NCBI GenBank assembly: GCA_012295275.1
Contig: CM022665.1
Span: 11,470,001 to 11,534,000 of the forward strand
Source: Chrysomallon squamiferum
Taxonomy: Eukaryota; Animalia; Mollusca
Reading direction: 5' to 3'
DNA length: 64,000 bases
The notes under the pieces were generated by a model. That model was not told the origin of the DNA. It searched no databases and saw only the letters and a program-made list of their open reading frames with translations. A program made the translations under genes and the position numbers. Below are positions 29,601 to 37,337 of the stretch, in pieces. Positions within the stretch are counted from its first letter, which is position 1, and the number at the start of each line of letters is the position of its first letter.

Positions 29601-31347
29601 AGTGACCCAGAAAGTGAGGAAGAATGTGTGTACTGCACATACATCATACACACACACACTCACACACACAAACACACACACACACACACAGGCATTCCTT
29701 GCCTTCTACATACATTATATATAATTTCCTTAAGTCCATAGATGAATACCTACATATGTACATACAAATCTACTCAAATACACACACACATTCTTATACA
29801 TATACACATTAGACTACATACCTATATACACACATACATACACACATCCATACACACATCCATCTATCCATCCATCCATCCATCTGAAAGCCTGTCATCT
29901 ACACACATGCTTACTTTACCTTCATTATACAAAGTGCATCAGTTTAACGATTATTATTTGTCAAATATAAAGTTTGTGTTTTAAAACTTTAAGTAATATT
30001 CTGCTGTTATTTTGATAGAGGAAAAAAACTGAAGAATATGCAATGTAGGATGCTAATATCACTGTACTTAATAACAAGACTAATTAATCAGCCAAAACAG
30101 TTTATTTGGCTGAACCTGTTTGTTGTACTCAAGCAAAACCTGTATTTTTCTTTCAAGTCTTTTTTTTTTATATTTTTATTTAATATAATTTTTTTTTTTT
30201 CAGAAAAGTCATATTATGCCATTATTAGGTGAGCATTTCTTATTGTTTGAGAGAGGATGTAAGAATTGTGCATAAAAGGATCTTTGGTGGTATATATTTT
30301 CTTATGCTAGTATTTTAGTTCTTACTGGATCCCAGTCTTTGCTAATAACAAATCATATAATAAAATAATATATGGAGGCTGACATTTTCCTTTTTTATTA
30401 TATCAATTCATAAAGGTATGTAAAAATAAAAGAATTTAAATTTTAAAAACAAATATGTAAAACAGGTAAATTATTGCCTTATCTTCAATCACACTATGTT
30501 CTGACATTTCCAAGCACAAAATAATACCACAGTAAAATAGAAAACATCCATAAACACACAAGCTTTTTTATTTCATTGACACATACTTCATTATTAGCAA
30601 AGACTGGCCATTAGAGTGGAAGTATTCCAAACATAGGCCAGATATTTTGTATCACCAAAGTGACACTTTAACTTCCTACAGTTCCGAATGATGTGAGACA
30701 AGTGACATTAAAAACACTGACAAGCAAATCAGTTGAATTTTCACTTCTTGCCTCAAACACCATTGCTGATTTTAAAGCTGACTTACAAGCAGTAAAGGGA
30801 ATTCCTACTAACCAACTAAGACTGATATACAGAGGCAGACTGCTTGTTGACAGTCACACTCTGGCTCATTGCAATATAACAGACACATCTGTGGTTCATC
30901 TTGTACTCAGATTAAGGGGAGGTTGACCACTGCTCAGAGCTGATTCAGACAGAGCAATGGATAGAAGATCATTTTTAAGTGTTGCTTTTGAACTAAGTGG
31001 AAATGGTAGGTTTAGAATGTATGGTTTGAGAAAGAGATATGATTATACTGTGTTTACACCATTATTTCTGAGCAGAGTTGTAAGTTGCACATGATAGTCT
31101 ACTTTATTTCAAAACATCTTTTACTTATGCACCTTCTCACCAACAGGCTAATTGCACCACTGGCATCATCAGTGCCAAACAGACAGGTACTTTACTACTG
31201 ACTCATTAAAACATTTTATTACTACTGCATGCATTGTTATTTTGATAGCGGAAAAAATTGAAGATGATGAAATGCTGACAGAGCAAAGTGACTCAGAAAG
31301 TGAGGAAGAATGTGAGTACTGCACATACATTACACACACACTTACAT

Positions 31348-31382
<35 letters not shown>

Positions 31383-31674
31383 GGCATTCCTTTCCTTCTA
31401 CATAAATGGCACTATAAACACATCAGTTACAGTCTTAATTTCCTTAAGGTAATTTACATACAAAATATCTAATTAACAATAACAGTTATTATTTGTCAGA
31501 TATAAAGACTGTGTTTTAAGTAATATTCTGCTATTATTTTGATAGATCAAGAAACTAAAGCATTGGCAATCTTTGATGATGAAGATTATGAAAAAAATGC
31601 CATAGGTGAATATCTATCCATCAGTCCATAGATGAATACCTACATATGTACATACAAATGTACACAAATATACA

Positions 31675-31717
<43 letters not shown>

Positions 31718-34700
31718 ATAAGTACATACACACTAGACTACATACCACTAAACTACATTACACTACACTGAACAACATTGCATTACACTTCATACATACA
31801 CACATCCATCCATCTGAAAGCCTGTCATCTACACACATGCTTACTCTACCTTCATTTTAAAACTTCATCAGTTTAATGATTATTATTTGTCAAATACAGT
31901 GGATGCCTTGACTTATGAGTTTAATTGTTCCGTGGCCGAGCTTGTAACTCAAATCTGCATGTATATCAAATCAATTTTCCCAACTGAAATTAATTGAAAT
32001 ACCTTTATCCATTCCAGCCCCCTAAAAACCACCCCATTTTGTTTTGTAGCGTGTTTTTAAATAAGAAAAATGTATTTATAAATAACAAATATTGTATAAA
32101 AACACAAAATAAAATAGAATGTAAAGAAATAAATTGGTTTTGTAAAGTGTATTAATCTTGGACATCAGACAAATTATTTTAACACCTTTGGTTGGAGTTA
32201 CAGCCTTTATCAACTCCTTCTGCTTCAGTATGATACTATGCTCGTACTGCTTAGCCAAATCGACTACATGCACAACGCTCATATTTTTTTATGATTTCAT
32301 GTTTTAATTCAATGGACATCATCCGCTTCTTCTTCTCAGCACTGTCCTTTACACTCACTTTCTTAGGATCCATGGTCATAAAAAGAAATTTGGCAAAATT
32401 CTGCACAAAACATGAACACACCACAACAGAGATGCTTCTGCAGTGAGGTAATTATGTGAAGTAAACGAGTGAGATGCAGGATGCTGGCCAGATGTTGTGT
32501 TGTTTCTTGCACTGAAACTTATTTGTAACTCGGATTTTGGCTGGCAACTCAAAGCACAAAGTCAACTATGCGACTGCTCGTAACTTGGAAAACTCATAAG
32601 TTGGGGCACTCGAAAGTCAAGGTACCACTGTATAAAGTTGTGTTTTAAAACTTTAAGTAATACTCTGCTCTTATTTTGATAGAGGAACAGTATGATGAAT
32701 GTGCAGTGTATGGTGCTAGTGAATTCTCAGAAAGTGACAAAGGTGAATATCTATCCATCAGAATCTTTGGTGGTATATATTTTCTTATTCTACTATTTTA
32801 GTTCTTACTGGACCCCAGTCTTTGCTAATAACAAATCATATAATAAAATAATATATGGAGGCTGGCATTTTCCTTTTTTATTATATCAATTCATAAAGGT
32901 ATGTAAAAATAAAAGAATTTAAATTTTAAAAAACAAATATGTAAACCAGGTAAATTATTGCCTTATTTTCAATAACACTATGTTCTGACATTTCCAAGCA
33001 CAAAATAATACCACAGTAAAATAGAAAACATCCATAAACACACAAGCATTTTTATTTCATTGACACATACTTCATTATTAGCAAAGACTGGCCATAAGAG
33101 TGGAAGTATTCCAAACATAGGCCAGATATTTTGTATCACCAAAGTGACACTTTAACTTCCTACAGTTCCGAATGATGTGAGACAAGTGACATTAAAAACA
33201 CTGACAAGCAAATCAGTTGAATTTTCACTTCTTGCCTCAAACACCATTGCTGATTTTAAAGCTGACATACAAGCAGTAAAGGGAATTCCTACTAACCAAC
33301 TAAGACTGATATACAGAGGCAGACTGCTTGTTGACAGTCACACTCTGGCTCATTGCAATATAACAGACACATCTGTGGTTCATCTTGTACTCAGATTAAG
33401 GGGAGGTTGACCACTGCTCAGAGCTGATTCAGACAGAGCAATGGATAGAAGATCATTTTTAAGTGTTGCTTTTGAACTAAGTGGAAATGGTAGGTTTAGA
33501 ATGTATGGTTTGAGAAAGAGATATGATTATACTGTGTTTACACCATTATTTCTGAGCAGAGTTGTAAGTTGCACATGATAGTCTACTTTATTTCAAAACA
33601 TCTTTTACTTATGCACCTTCTCACCGACAGGCTAATTGCACCACTGGCATCATCAGTGCCAAACAGACAGGTACTTTACTACTGACTCATTAAAACATTT
33701 TATTACTACTGCATGCATTGTTATTTTGATAGCGGAAAAAATTGAAGATGATGAAATGCTGAGAGAGGAAAGAGACTCAGAAAGTGAGGAAGAAAGTGAC
33801 TCAGAAAGTGAGGAAGAAAGTGGCTCAGAAAGTGAGGAAGAATGTGAGTACTGCACATACAACACACACACACACACACAGGCATTCCTTTCCTTCTACA
33901 TAAATGGCACTATAAACACATCAGTTACAGTCTTAATTTCCTTAAGTCCATAGATGAATACCTACATATGTACATACAAATCTACTTAAATACACACACA
34001 CACAAACACACATTCTTATACATATACACATTAGACTACACATCTCTAAACTACATTACATTACACTACATTGCACAACATTGCATTACACTACATACAT
34101 ACATACATACATACATACATACATACATACACACATCCATCTATCCATCCATCCATCCATCCATCTGAAAGCCTGTCATCTACTCACATGCTTACTTTAC
34201 CTTCATTTTAAAACTGCATCAGTTTAATGCTTATTATTTGTCAAATATAAAGTTTGTGTAAAACTTTAAGTAATATTCTGCTGTTATTTTGATAGAGGAA
34301 AAAACTGAATTCTTTAAAAAAAAAAAAAAATGTATTTTGTTTTTTTTAATTTTTAAATTTTATTTTATTTTATTTCCTGTAATTATATCACAATAATCTA
34401 TATACATTATATGAATAGATAAAAAACATAGAAGTCATTAGAAAAGAAAATGCTCTTTGCCTTATGGGCTAGTCACTCTTTTATATACGTCTTTAGAAAA
34501 GTGACAAAAGAACATGTAACAGCTTTTGGTAAACAAGTCATGAGATTGGTTGGATTGGGAAATGGTCCTATGCTTTAACAATTGAGTCTGGCTTTTCCTA
34601 GTATATCATAACAGAAATCTTGATTACTTCTGGTATCTTTTTTTTTATATACACATATATATATATATTTATACAGATATCACATTTTATTTTTATTTAT

Positions 34701-37292
34701 TTTCTTGTTCCAGCTGAAACGCTTTATGAGAATGCAGAAGAAGATGGTAAGATCATAGTTATCTTTTCTTTTATAAAAATATTTATGATCTGTCATCATT
34801 AATGACATTAAAATAATAGTGTTACTCTGAATGCTGTTGTTTTATTCTGGGACTGCAACATCATCATATACACAGTGGACTGATATCTGTATTTTTTATG
34901 TTATACATATATAAAATACAGTTATCAATGTGTTCACACACACACACACACACTTTTTACAGTGAAATGATCCAGTTCTGATCAAAGAAGACTAAATCAG
35001 TGTTACTAATCAAGATTCAATAGCCAAAAAAATTAACAGAACAATGCAGAATATATTTAGACTATTTCTTTTTATCACCAGAAGTACACTGTAAGCAGTA
35101 ACATTAGTTAACAATTATTTTGCTTCTTTAATTTTTATTTTTATTATAAATGCTATGTAACTGTCTAAAAGTAATCCTACTTTTACTAAACAGTAATATT
35201 TAAAATACCAGTACCTGAATTGGTTAACTAAGATGATACTGACTAAGTTATTCACATGTAACAAAGAGGCTCATTCTCTTCTGGTTTTGTTTCAGGACGA
35301 AGAGAAAAAGAAAGAGAAGAAGAAGAAGAATTGGTAGAATCTTTTTCAAGAGGATCAGAAGAATTCACTGAAGTTGGGTCGTCAGTTCCTCGAGCTGTAT
35401 CAAAACAAGTTCCCCAAGCTCAAGAACCAACCTCTCAGACTGTATCAGATGTTCCCGCCAATGCCATGCCAGTGTTATCTAAATCCATAATGGCATTGAA
35501 AAGAAGCAAAATTATGCGAAAAGTATCATATGGAAGAGAGGATACAACTAGCCTGTTTGAACAATCTGATCCACAAGAGGAAATAGCAGTCAAAGGTAGG
35601 TCTGAGCATTCTGAGCCTGGGATAAGGTTTAAGAGTATGGAAGAAAAACCAGTTGCAGAGTTTCAGTCTAGGTTTTTTTCAAGGAAGGTATCAGATAGTT
35701 AAAGAGGAACAATACCTGTAATGGTTGACATAGATGATACTGACTAAGTTATTCACATGTAACAAAGAAGCTCATTCACTTCTTGTTTTGTTTCAGGACT
35801 AAGACTAAAAAAAGGAGATGAAGAAGAAGAAGAAAAAATGAAAGATTATTTTTTAAGAGCATCAGAAGAATTCATTCAAGTTGGGTCATCAGTTCTTCCA
35901 GCTGCATCTAAAAGTTCAAAATCACTGGCATCCAGAATTTCTGACTCTGCTGTATCAGTTGGGAAAAGAGGAACAATGGGAAAAGAGAAAGCATTATTTC
36001 CAAAAGCATCATTTCAAATGCAAAAAGCAGAAATTTATAAACCTGTGGTAAAGCCTGTTGCAGTGTGTAGTTCTTATTCATCAAAAGCAGGTCGCGTATC
36101 CTACACAGCCATGTCAATAGAACAACAGTCATCACCACCTGCACCACCACATGTACCAAAACGTGTACAAAAAGTGTCCAACCTATCGTTATCAGCTTTA
36201 TCACAACCCCAATACCTATCAACACACTTTGATATAACTCAACAACAACAGTCACCACCACCTGCACAACCACCTGCACGACCACCTGCACCACCACCTG
36301 TATCACCACCTGTACCACCACCTGTACCAGAACGTGTACGAAAATTGCCCAAACTATCGTTATCAGCTTTATCACAACCCCAATGCCTATCAACACACTT
36401 TGATATAACTCAACAACAACAGTCATTACCACCTGCACGACCACCTGCACGAACACCTGTATCACCACCTGTACCACCACCTGGTACAGAACGTGTACGA
36501 AAATTGCCCAAATATCGTTATCATCTTTATCACAACCCCAATGCCTATCAACACACTTTGATATAACTCAACAACAACAAAGTCAGATGCACCCAGACCT
36601 CGACCACTCTCAGGTACAGCTTCAGAACAATGGCATAGACATTGTGCATCTTTATCGGAAGAAGTGTATGATCAAATTCAGATGCAACCAGACCTCGATG
36701 AAACAAACACATACACTGATGTTATGGACTTGATTAATGAACAGACCACTGTAAGTGTTACAATTTAGTAAATAGCTCTTCACAACACACACACACACAC
36801 ACACACACACAGATAAATACGTACACACACATATAGATACAGATACACATACATTCATACAGTCATAACCATACATGTATACACATGCACTGTGTGTGTG
36901 TATATTATTATTATTACAACACAAAACTATTATAATTGATCCCATTTCTATTTTTATGTAAAACAGTTCTGTCAGATCTTTCCTTTTTGTGATAATGTTT
37001 TTACATTTCATTGACAGGATGGTTATTGGGAACTAAAGGATGATCTTGACTGTTTACTCAGAAACATTCTGCAGAAAACTGGACTAAGTACACTGAGTAA
37101 GAAAAAAATGTACTATCTGTCAGAAAACTTTGGGGTGGTCATAAAGTATCTGACAGTTTAAAATATTTCCATATTTCCATTCTGTTTGTTTCTTTATTAT
37201 TATGTTTTTTAAACTTATTTATTTTGCTAGTTAGATTTAGTTAGTTATGAATATTTATGTTTATTATTTAATTTATTTATTTATATTTTACC

Positions 37293-37337
<45 letters not shown>

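Larger units (their letters stand above)
30280..33946 (+). repeat. Recent intragenic direct duplication (30280-31448 vs 32763-33946) carrying the Ubl exon and an acidic exon
   Basis: Near-identical ~1.17 kb blocks with only scattered substitutions and small indels, offset ~2.48 kb. Confidence 0.95.

Noticed and set aside
30693-30926. Stand-alone ubiquitin/NEDD8 gene as implied by the ORF track (also 33177-33410)
   Set aside because: The start is GTG, the nearby ATGATGTGA is out of frame, and an in-frame stop lies just upstream. Only ~48% identical to ubiquitin, and R72 argues against NEDD8. Better explained as an exon.
35908-36480. 190-aa Val/Gln-rich minus-strand ORF
   Set aside because: Antisense shadow of the CCA-rich PARP4 proline repeats.
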